Virus record (IMG/VR): IMGVR_UViG_3300020204_000006
Source of the DNA: a virus
Length of the DNA: 64,000 bases
Reading direction: 5' to 3' (one strand)
The notes under the pieces are model-generated. The model was not told where the DNA came from. It ran no database searches and saw only the letters and a program-made list of their open reading frames with translations. The translations under genes and the position numbers were made by a program. Below, piece after piece: positions 8,578-18,000 of the stretch. Within the stretch, counting starts at the first letter, position 1; every line of letters begins with the position of its first letter.

Positions 8578-9675
8578 ATGAAAACATTGGTAATTGGAGA
8601 GTGTCCTTGGAGAAAAAATCCATTTGGATACTTGGTTAGAAAACTTGTTCATTCTTTAAGTAAGAATTCAGATGTCGTTCTTCTTGCAGAAGGTCATGAT
8701 GCATCTCTTTTTGGTGATGGTCAAAAAAGCCTGATAAAAAATGAAGATTTTCATGAAATAGAAGTAATTGGTATAAATAATGATGTTTCAAAATCTTCTA
8801 TTATTTTGTATGAAATATATAAAGCTTGGAATTTTGATATTATAATTACCGTTGGGCATCTTGCTAAATTTGAATGGGTTGATGCTTTTTTTAATTTTTC
8901 TCAAAGTGATGCAAGATGGGGAGCTATAGTACCAGAAAATTTTCAAAATAATTATGTTATAAGTGAAAATCTGGATTCAATATGTTCTTTTAATGTATCT
9001 ACAAATTTTAATGAAGTTGACAATTTTAGTATATATCCTGAGCTTATTTGGGGCGAAGATTTTTCGTATGAAAATTCCATCAGTTCTAACTCTGTTTATA
9101 AAATAGGACTAATTGGAGAAAATACAATATTGTCAAATTTTCACATATGTGAAAGTTTAAAAAAAGATTTTAATTTTACTTATTTTTCATCCGTTAATCA
9201 AAGAAGTTATTATTCAGAAGAGCAATTAAAAGGAATGGGAGTGTCAATATACCCTGGCTTTAGAATGCATAATTTTTGGGACAATGATAGTGCATTCATA
9301 GATTTTGTAAATTCAAATGACGGTTTTATAATTTTAGATGATGTTCCTGATTTTGGTTATTATTCTTACGTTATATCTAAGACAAATAAGCCATTAATAT
9401 CCTCCTGTTCAAGGTTAAAATGTGGAATAAAACATGCATATGTTTCTGCCATTACTTTGCCATCAAATAACGTTTATCTTGATAAATATCATATATTTAA
9501 TAATACTTCTGAAATAATTCTTAATTTTGATATAAAATATGTAAAATCTGAGTCAGAATTTAGTTTAAAAAAAGGGGATTGTATAAATACTGTTGAATTA
9601 TTTATTGATATGCAGAGTAAATTATTTACAAAAGCTAAAAGGATAAAGGAATTAAGGTTGGAAATACATAAATAA
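8578..9675 (+). CDS. GT-B fold glycosyltransferase-like protein (degenerate GT4)
   Basis: N-terminal MKTLVIGECPW...GYLVRKLVHSL; FDIIITVGH; C-terminal PDFGY.....KTNKPLISS echoing EGFG.P..EA...GKPVI. I prefer ATG 8578 over the track start 8554, which overlaps the previous gene. Confidence 0.55.
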   Translation: MKTLVIGECPWRKNPFGYLVRKLVHSLSKNSDVVLLAEGHDASLFGDGQKSLIKNEDFHEIEVIGINNDVSKSSIILYEIYKAWNFDIIITVGHLAKFEWVDAFFNFSQSDARWGAIVPENFQNNYVISENLDSICSFNVSTNFNEVDNFSIYPELIWGEDFSYENSISSNSVYKIGLIGENTILSNFHICESLKKDFNFTYFSSVNQRSYYSEEQLKGMGVSIYPGFRMHNFWDNDSAFIDFVNSNDGFIILDDVPDFGYYSYVISKTNKPLISSCSRLKCGIKHAYVSAITLPSNNVYLDKYHIFNNTSEIILNFDIKYVKSESEFSLKKGDCINTVELFIDMQSKLFTKAKRIKELRLEIHK

Positions 9676-9692
9676 TTCAACGGGAGAGCAAA

Positions 9693-10061
9693 ATGGCAGT
9701 ATTAGAAGCACAAATTTATCTAACAATAGCAAATAACATAGCGACAGCAAGAGACAATATTGTTTCGGTTGTTGACAATTTTTATAGTAATGTTTATGAG
9801 ATAGTTTTGCTAGACGACATACAGCAGACTCTTGATCTGCTCGAGCCAATGTATAGTGCATATACTGTTTCTGATACAAGCTTGAGAACAATTACTCTTT
9901 ATCAGACTGCTATTTCTGCACTTAATAATCATATTCTGACAAGAGGTGGGTATTCTAATATAAACCAGTATCTTGCTGCAGAGGGTATAGATGTTCCTCA
10001 AACGTTCGCAGATTTGTCAAGTTTAGCTGGGTTCCCCATCGATGCATCTAATATTTCATAA
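9693..10061 (+). CDS. Hypothetical helical protein, probably virion-associated (122 aa)
   Basis: RBS GGAGAG upstream. Lies directly before the tube gene. No motif recognised. Confidence 0.8.
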   Translation: MAVLEAQIYLTIANNIATARDNIVSVVDNFYSNVYEIVLLDDIQQTLDLLEPMYSAYTVSDTSLRTITLYQTAISALNNHILTRGGYSNINQYLAAEGIDVPQTFADLSSLAGFPIDASNIS

Positions 10062-10081
10062 AATCAATTCAGAGGTAAATC

Positions 10082-11125
10082 ATGGCAGGTGATTCATTCG
10101 GCATTCCATCGTCGTTAACATATCCTGGATACGCAGGATTCAGTGGTATTGTTGACTACAATAATACCACATTTAGAGTTGAAAACTGTAGCGTCAAGGC
10201 CCAGCAGAATATAGAGCCCATAGAGGACGTTGACGGTGCAGCTTCTCATGGTCGTTTTTTACTTGCCCCCTTAACCATATCTGGTGATGTAAATTTTAAA
10301 TTTGACATATTCTCAACTGGTAGTGGAGATGGTGGCAATGGATATCAGGCTGCTTTACAATTTTTAGAAGACGCTTATGGAAGAGATGCCGAAACAGGTA
10401 ATTTGCGTGCTCGTCTTATTAATAGAATTTTGAATGTCAGATATCACGGTGGTTTTAATTACGAATATCACGGTATATTAATTAACACTCTAAGAATGAG
10501 CATATCTGCTGGTCAGGCAGTGGAAATAAGTGCTAATCTTAAAGGTATTTCTAGAACAAAAAATAATACTGCTCAATCCAAGAATGTTGAGTCTGCTGGT
10601 ATGCTTGCCCCAGTTCGTGTTGCAACTTACAATGACGTTCAAATGGTTTTAGAGGACAATCAATCAGATTCTCCAAGTCAGATTTTTGATTCTTCTTGTT
10701 TTCTTGTTAGAGACTTTAACATGTCTATAGATAATGGGGTGCAAGATATACATACACTCGGTGGAAGACTTCGTCCATATGATCTTGTTGCTGGTAAAAG
10801 AAAGGTTAGTGGTTCATTTAAGCTTTTAAGTAATCCAGGAACAAACGCTCTAAGACAATACATACAGGACCACGAAAAGAGAGCTGTATCTAGACTTAAA
10901 ATGACATTAAATCTTAACAAGGGAATTACTGGTTTTCAGCCTTTTATGATTTTGCCAGGTGTCGTTCCGTCTCTTGAAGATGTAACAGTAACTCCATCAA
11001 ATGTTGTAGAACTTTCATTTAATTACCAGGCTTTCGGTGCAGACAATCATACAAGCCCATTCCAGAACGTAACTTTTCCTGATGTATCAGAAGAAAAGGG
11101 CTATTTCCCATTCCCAGGAATTTGA
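10082..11125 (+). CDS. Major tail tube protein
   Basis: RBS AGAGGT. FNMSIDNGVQDIHTLGG..RPYDLVAGKRKVSGSFKL is a typical tube-protein segment. Followed by chaperones and tape measure. Confidence 0.8.
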   Translation: MAGDSFGIPSSLTYPGYAGFSGIVDYNNTTFRVENCSVKAQQNIEPIEDVDGAASHGRFLLAPLTISGDVNFKFDIFSTGSGDGGNGYQAALQFLEDAYGRDAETGNLRARLINRILNVRYHGGFNYEYHGILINTLRMSISAGQAVEISANLKGISRTKNNTAQSKNVESAGMLAPVRVATYNDVQMVLEDNQSDSPSQIFDSSCFLVRDFNMSIDNGVQDIHTLGGRLRPYDLVAGKRKVSGSFKLLSNPGTNALRQYIQDHEKRAVSRLKMTLNLNKGITGFQPFMILPGVVPSLEDVTVTPSNVVELSFNYQAFGADNHTSPFQNVTFPDVSEEKGYFPFPGI

Positions 11126-11140
11126 CGACATATACTTTAT

Positions 11141-11719
11141 ATGTCGGATTCCTCTGAAGATGTTATAGTTATCCCTGTACTTATCAACAAAGAAAATGAT
11201 TTTTTTGTTATAAATTGTTATTGGAAAAAAATAGATACAGATATTGTTAGGAAGTATTACTCTAGTAATAAAAAATTTTGTTATATTGAATGTAAGATAA
11301 AAATTGACTCTGAATCTTTTGAATTATTTTGTATCAAAAATTTTTTTGTAAAAGCTATTATAAATGGAGAAGATTCAGAGATAAGCTCTAGTAACTTCTT
11401 AAAATTAGATCCAATGATTGGTAAAAGTATAATGCAATCTTATGTAGATTATTTCAATAGTGTTGATAAAGATCAGAGTGGAAGCAATTATTCTAAATTA
11501 ATAGATTCAATAAAAGGTAAATTTTCTTCTGATGTAGATATATTTACAAAAATATGTTATTTATCTGTCTCTACAGGAATGAGAATTGATTATTTGGAGT
11601 CTCTTGATTCCATACTTGTAGATAAATTATATGATATATCTCTTATAAAAGAAAACTTTAAAAATATAGACATTATAAATGCCATGAGTATCATGGCTGG
11701 TGGTAAATCGGTACTTTAA
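11141..11719 (+). CDS. Probable tail assembly chaperone paralogue with C-terminal extension (GT-like)
   Basis: INGEDSEISSSNFLKLDPMIGKSIM aligns with ENGNPVPVNKENIDKMEPVLANAIL of the next gene. Extra C-terminal helical segment (ICYLSVSTGMRIDYLESLD). Confidence 0.5.
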   Translation: MSDSSEDVIVIPVLINKENDFFVINCYWKKIDTDIVRKYYSSNKKFCYIECKIKIDSESFELFCIKNFFVKAIINGEDSEISSSNFLKLDPMIGKSIMQSYVDYFNSVDKDQSGSNYSKLIDSIKGKFSSDVDIFTKICYLSVSTGMRIDYLESLDSILVDKLYDISLIKENFKNIDIINAMSIMAGGKSVL

Positions 11720-11730
11720 AAGGAGGTAAA

Positions 11731-12114
11731 ATGAAGCTTTTTATTAGTGAAAATGATAATATGGATGCAAGTTTGTATGTGGGCTACAAAGATGGTAAGT
11801 TATTTGTTTTTGATACAGATCAGGAGGCAAAAACTTTCTTTAATAAAGACAAATTCTCAAAAATAGACTTTTCTTTTAAAAAGTTAGATTTTGGTTCTTC
11901 TAGAAAGATACAAGAGAAAAGTATAGTTAATAGAGATGGTAATATGACTTTTGATATACTTTCATTTAGATATGAAAGGCTTATTAGTAGTATTAAATCA
12001 TGGAGTATTGCAGACGAAAATGGCAATCCTGTGCCAGTAAATAAGGAAAATATAGATAAAATGGAGCCTGTTTTGGCAAATGCCATACTAGGTTTATGCG
12101 ACAAATTAATGTAA
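11731..12114 (+). CDS. Tail assembly chaperone
   Basis: IKSWSIADENGNPVPVNKENIDKM is a classic TAC motif. Strong RBS AAGGAGGT. Immediately upstream of the tape measure gene. Confidence 0.8.
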   Translation: MKLFISENDNMDASLYVGYKDGKLFVFDTDQEAKTFFNKDKFSKIDFSFKKLDFGSSRKIQEKSIVNRDGNMTFDILSFRYERLISSIKSWSIADENGNPVPVNKENIDKMEPVLANAILGLCDKLM

Positions 12115-12136
12115 TTAAGTATTAAGGAGTTTTACC

Positions 12137-15031
12137 TTGGCTGAATTCGGAGAAGAATTAATTAAATTCTTAAATAGTATTGGCGTTAATATTACTCAGT
12201 TTGACAAGCTTGTGCAAACTGCTCAGCAATTTAACGTAGTGCTTATAGATTTAGAAAGAACTGGTAATCTATATGGCAAAAGCCTTAAAACAGTAAGAGA
12301 CGAACTAAACGCAATTTCAGTAAATTTTGCAACTACACAAAATGTAGCAAAGCAATATTATCAGCTACTTCACGAGCTTCAGGGTATTGCAATTAAAGAT
12401 TCTAAAGACCAGCTTGCTGTTCTTCAGCTTGTGCGTGATGCATATGGTCCTGATGAGCAGCAAATGCAACAGGGTATTCAACTTCTGCAAAAATTAATAT
12501 CATCTAATTCTGATCAGCAAAATCAAATAGTCAGGATTATACAGCTTAAAAAAATGGCAATGGATGGAGACAAAGGTGCAATAAAGCTTCTTGAGGAGCA
12601 GGGTGATAGACTGGCAAGAAATGCTAGTCTATTTGCATTACTTGGAAATGAATCTGGTAAAACTCGTGAAGAGATAGGTGCAATGATGCAGTTTGCCAAA
12701 GCACAAACTGAAGAAGATCCACTTGGAGAAATTGCAAGAAAATTCAATCAAGCTCAAATGCAAATAAGAAATACTCCAGCAGTTTTTCAGAATATGATTG
12801 CTCAAATAGATAGTGAAAAGGGAAAAATTACTCAAGTAATGCAGGGTATACAGTCCGTTTTTTCCGGCGCTGGTGCCGCAATAAATGAAACCATTTTGAA
12901 TATGTATGGTGAATCTGGTGTTGGAAAAGCAGGAGAAACAGCTGAAGAAAAAGCAGAACGCGAATCAAAGCTTTCGGCATCTCTTATAGGAGGCTCTAAA
13001 AAACTTCAAATGGATGCTGCCTCTAAAGTTTCTGCTTTAGAGACTTCAACTTTAAGTGGTAATTTAGATGAGGCAAAGGCAGCTAAGGATTCCTTGGACG
13101 CTTTCGTTGAAGAGCAAAAAAAATCAATAATAGAACAACTAAAAAATAAATTAACTGCGATTGGTATGGATGAAAAACTTGCTCAAGACCAAGCAGAACA
13201 AGATGCTCAAAAAATAGTTGAGCTTTCTGGTGTACAGAGATCTGCTTCACTTGTCACAAAGTTTGAAGAGCAAAAAAAGTATGCTCAAGAACAACTTCCT
13301 GAGCTCAGCAGACAAATAGAAGAAAAAAAGAAAGAACTGGCTGCCATTCAGGCAAATGTAGAAGAAAATAAAATGGGAGGTTTATATAATCCACAAGCCC
13401 AAGCCCAAATAAATGAAGATCAAGCAAGAATAGCTGCGCTTTCAGCTGCTATTGAGGCTGCAAAGCAGATTGAAGCCGAACTTGATAAGCAAGCAAAAAT
13501 GGATTTTAGGTCATATACTGAAAGATCAAGAAAACTTCAAGTTGACGATTTGATAATTAAATCCATTCAGGATCAAAATAGAGAGCTTGAGAAGCAATTT
13601 GGCACAATGAGAGGGCTGAATTCTGCAACTGCATCAATATTAAAATTACAGGGAGAACTTGGAGGAGCTTCTGCTTACAGTAATGATGCTGCAAGAACTT
13701 TTAATGAACTTCAAAAACAATCTATGGACTATCTAGGTGGACAAATTGAAGCAAGTAGGCGTTCATACGAAGAGATTTCAAGATTTAATAAGTTGGTTTC
13801 TGAGGCAAAAACTGGAAGTCCAGAATCTGCAAAAATGCTTGCTGAGGAGTCAATTAAAGTAGGTCAGTCTCAAATAGCTGAATTACGAAAATCTCTTCCT
13901 GGTGCAAGTGATGAACAGAAACCTCAGATAGAGGCTAGTATTAAGTACATAGAAGAAAGAATGGCAAGAGCAAATGCCGTTATAGCAGGCGGTGGTAAAG
14001 AGGCCATATCTGAAATGCTTAGAGATACTTCTGAGCTTGTCGATGCTGGAATGAAAAAGGCAGCAGAGGCTGTTGCAAATTCAGTTGAAAATATAAGAAA
14101 ATCTATTGAAAATGCAAGGGCTCCTGCAAAAGAAATTACTTCTCAGCTTCAAGCGCAAAAAGAAGTACTTGATGCACAGGTTAGTATAGCTGATAATCTT
14201 GTTACTGGTCTTGGCGCTTCTGCTGAAATGAGGATGGCTCAAGCTGCAAATAGTATGGAGCAGGCAAAATCCATGCAAAATGAGCTTATTTCCATGCAGC
14301 AACAAAGAGCGGAAGTGGAAAAGAAAATAGCTGAAGGCGGAGACACCGATGGCAGATTAAGAAGAGAAGTAATGGACATAAGGAGGCAAGAAAATAGTCT
14401 TGCCGCCCAGATACTTCAGAAGCAAAAGGAAAGTTTAGATTCGGTTAAAATGCTTCGTGAGGGTTATTTGAATGCTATAAGCGCAATGGAGTCTGGAAGT
14501 GGAGTTTTTATGGAAATGGTTGTTACTCAGGAAAAAGGCCTTGGCTCTTTAATTAGAAATATTAGAGAAGTTCCTAGAGTTCTTAATACTGGTACGACCG
14601 TTGGTCCAGGAGCAGAAAAAGGTGTTTTTGGTATTGGTGGTCTCATGGGCGGAACAACTGGAGCCAGAGGTGAGTATGACAATAATCTTATGATAAATTC
14701 TGCCCAAGATTTGTCAAAAACGACTCAAATGCTTTCTGCTGCCGTTGAGCGTTTTTCTTCTGCTCTTCCTAATATGAGTGCTTTAGGTTTTGAGGGCAAT
14801 AAATTCCAGGGTGCTTTCGTGGCTGGTGAAACAGGACCCACAACGGCCCTAGGTGCTCGTCAGGCTTCTTCTGCTATGCAGTCTGCTGATCTGGCTTCCT
14901 CTTTTAAGGATGCCCTTGGAGACCAAATGCGTCCACTTGCTGAAGTATTTAAAAATGGGCTTGAGACTGTGTTTAAAAGTGCTTTTGATGAATTCAGGAA
15001 AGAAATATCGGATATGATAGGGAGCAGATAA
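12137..15031 (+). CDS. Tape measure protein (964 aa, TTG start)
   Basis: A/Q/E/K-rich helical composition throughout. RBS AAGGAG before TTG. Syntenic position after the chaperones. Confidence 0.85.
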   Translation: MAEFGEELIKFLNSIGVNITQFDKLVQTAQQFNVVLIDLERTGNLYGKSLKTVRDELNAISVNFATTQNVAKQYYQLLHELQGIAIKDSKDQLAVLQLVRDAYGPDEQQMQQGIQLLQKLISSNSDQQNQIVRIIQLKKMAMDGDKGAIKLLEEQGDRLARNASLFALLGNESGKTREEIGAMMQFAKAQTEEDPLGEIARKFNQAQMQIRNTPAVFQNMIAQIDSEKGKITQVMQGIQSVFSGAGAAINETILNMYGESGVGKAGETAEEKAERESKLSASLIGGSKKLQMDAASKVSALETSTLSGNLDEAKAAKDSLDAFVEEQKKSIIEQLKNKLTAIGMDEKLAQDQAEQDAQKIVELSGVQRSASLVTKFEEQKKYAQEQLPELSRQIEEKKKELAAIQANVEENKMGGLYNPQAQAQINEDQARIAALSAAIEAAKQIEAELDKQAKMDFRSYTERSRKLQVDDLIIKSIQDQNRELEKQFGTMRGLNSATASILKLQGELGGASAYSNDAARTFNELQKQSMDYLGGQIEASRRSYEEISRFNKLVSEAKTGSPESAKMLAEESIKVGQSQIAELRKSLPGASDEQKPQIEASIKYIEERMARANAVIAGGGKEAISEMLRDTSELVDAGMKKAAEAVANSVENIRKSIENARAPAKEITSQLQAQKEVLDAQVSIADNLVTGLGASAEMRMAQAANSMEQAKSMQNELISMQQQRAEVEKKIAEGGDTDGRLRREVMDIRRQENSLAAQILQKQKESLDSVKMLREGYLNAISAMESGSGVFMEMVVTQEKGLGSLIRNIREVPRVLNTGTTVGPGAEKGVFGIGGLMGGTTGARGEYDNNLMINSAQDLSKTTQMLSAAVERFSSALPNMSALGFEGNKFQGAFVAGETGPTTALGARQASSAMQSADLASSFKDALGDQMRPLAEVFKNGLETVFKSAFDEFRKEISDMIGSR

Positions 15032-18000
15032 TGCCCTCCAACATAAGGTCTGGATATACTGCTTTCAATAATAAAGATGTTTTACCCCAAGGCTTTATAG
15101 ATCAGTATGTTACAAAAAACTTTCAAGACGTTGCACTGAATCCCAAGGGTGCATTTTTTGAAGAGCTTTTTAATGGACCTGTTCCTGCAGAAGGTTATTC
15201 TGGAAATGTTTATGGAAAACCTATGCCATGGTTTAGGATAACTTATATATCTTCTGCTGAAGATATTGGTACGACTGATTTTAATGAAGATGATCCAACA
15301 GATCCTTATCCATACAAACAATATTTTATATTTGTTGATTACGAATATTTCGATTCTCAGGGTGTTGCTTTAGGTAAAAAAGTTACAACAAAATTTACTG
15401 TAAATATTGTTAGGGAAGAAGAAAGACTTCAGCCAAATACGGATACTGTAAAATGGATGCTTGACGATGAAGCTCAGGTTTATTTTGATATTTATCCAGC
15501 TTCTAATTCAAGTATCTCCGTAGAAGATCAATCTAAAGTAATAGGTATAGAATATTTTGATCCTTATTTTACATCAAAAATTGTCAGACTTCTTCCAGCT
15601 TCTTCAATGGGAGTGATAGTTGATTACTATTACAATTTAAATGTCCCGTTGCTTCCACAAAATGATCTTAGTTCTTTTATAGGTAGTCCTTTAGGCGGAG
15701 GATTAATATCTGGCATAGCTTCTGATATAGCATCTTTCAATTCATTGATTGGGGCTAATATGAGTAGGCCCGTAAATTACAAATGGGGTTTGCAATTGGT
15801 TAATGCAAAAACAGTTGTTAATAAAGAAATTACTATAACTCCTCAGGTTTTTTCAACTAGGGGTTCTTTAGTGGATGGAGTTGAAATATTCTATATTCCT
15901 ATTTTAAGCTCAGATAAAGGCATAACTAAAATACTTTGTGCTTCCAAAGATAGAGTAAACTTCAATCAATCTGATTTAAAAGTTCTTGGCAAGGGTTTTA
16001 TTGAAGGAGGTTTGGGAAACGACGGTAATTCACCAGACGGTGTTAATGAGCAAAAATTAAAAGATGCAAAACCGTTAGGTTTTGCCATAGTTCAAAATAG
16101 AGAGTTAAAAAAGAAATATAAATCTGGCTCATCAAGTGAGAATTTTCCACAGACTGGTCCCAATTCTCAGTACATGATTAATTCACCTCTTTTTGTTTTT
16201 AACGAAGATTCTGTTGCTAACGGAATTTATATATTTGCTCCCAAAAATTTCTTAAGGAGCGGTGATACAATATTTGTTACTTATGGGCAAGTTGATAAGC
16301 ATGAGCTTAGGCATGTGGGCCAAAAAAGACATATATATTTTCAGCAAAGTGGAGTAAGTGATTTTGAAATCGTCTCAAGTAATGAGGGTCAGTATGAATT
16401 TAAAAAGTTTTCTTTTGATGTTCTTTCTATTCAATTAGAAAATAACATATTTATTAGAAATATTTCTGGTAAAAATGTAGATCCTGCTGATTCTAGTAGT
16501 TCTAGTAGTTCTAGTTATAATTCAAATTTTAATTATAAGGGCTATGATTCTGCTGATTTTAGTAGAGGAGCGGATTCTTCTGTTGCTACTCATTTAGACT
16601 GGCTTTCCGATAATCCAGAAAATCGCATTTCTTCTTCATCATCTTCATCTAAAAATTTGGCAAAATTTAATTGTTATAGACTTACTAAGGTTAAATTGAA
16701 TCCATCTCTTTATCCATCTTATCTTCCAGCAAATGGGTATTTTGTTGCAAGTTCAATTGGAGTTCGTGCACAGAGTATAGATTATGGTCCGGGTATATAT
16801 CATATTGATTCATTTGGAAATGCTAAACTTCTTTTGTCTGGTTCTCTTGTAAGAGATCAGGAATGGTGGAGATCTAGTTTTGATTCATTGGGAGTTCATG
16901 ATGTTTTTTCTTTTTCCGAAAGAAGTCAACTGGAATTTGTTTACGATGTAAGTCAGCTTACAAATTCATATGTTGTAGATGACAGAAAAATACCTTATGA
17001 AATAAATTTTGCCAAAGCCCTTTCTTCTGTTTCTAAATTTAGTGCAAATTGCGGAGAAAATCAGGGCGCATCTTATTTTTGGATTTCTCCAAATACATCC
17101 AATACTGAATCTAGCAATACTGGAGTTGGTATTTGTATATTAGATTTTATAAACATAAATTCACTTCGTACTAAGATAGCAGGTACTGATGTTTTTTTTA
17201 GTTTAAATTGCAGAAAATATATAGATGCATCTAATTCTGTTTTTGACTTTTCTAGTACTACTAATTTTGTGTGGGGATTTAATCTGATAGAATCTATACC
17301 AGGCCAATTTGGTGGAGCTTCTGCATTTACTTCTCAATTATACTATTTGTATTATAATCCAATAGATCTTAATAAGAACGGCAGGATAATATGGGAGGGC
17401 ATAGGTCCAGGTGTTAGTGAAAATACTATTATAAAAGTAACAACTAGGGGGGCTTTGGCTCCATCCATAGGGGGTCATTTTGAAACTTCAAATTTAATTA
17501 ATGGGGCAGTTATTGTCCCATCTGAATCTGATTCTTCACTAAGATTATTTAAATGCAGATCAATGGTTGCTTCTGATCCAAAGGGTGATACTAAAAATGC
17601 AAGACTTTCTTTTCCGGATTCTTCATACATGGAATCTGACTTTCTAAATTCTTTTTCCGACTCAAGACCATCAATATATAAATGGATGCCCATAGATGAT
17701 GCTCCATTTTACAGCAAAGGAAGAAGAATTATGCCTAAATATTATGAGTATCCCAAGCTGAATCACTCAAATTATATATCAAAAAAAATATATGGAGATT
17801 TAAGAGAATTTTCTTCCTTTAGATCAAAGGCTCAAAAGTACAGATATGGCTTTCTTAGTGGTTCTGATCAATCCGGATGGAATAGCAAAGAATCTACCAT
17901 ACAGACAAAAAATCACTTAGAAATTTTGGTAGAATTTGATAGTAGGATAGAACACATGGAGGCTACGTTAAAATTTTCAAAATTAAATTTAAATATAGGA

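Noticed and set aside
12060-12140. Programmed -1/+1 frameshift from chaperone into a GT product or into the TMP
   Set aside because: No clear slippery heptamer near the 3' end. The TMP frame has a TAA at 12116, and there is no room for a T ORF.
14464-14520. YLNAISAMESGSG in the tape measure as a lytic transglycosylase catalytic motif
   Set aside because: It resembles A-I-x-x-x-E-S-G, but the following GLMQ-type motif is absent and the context is coiled coil.
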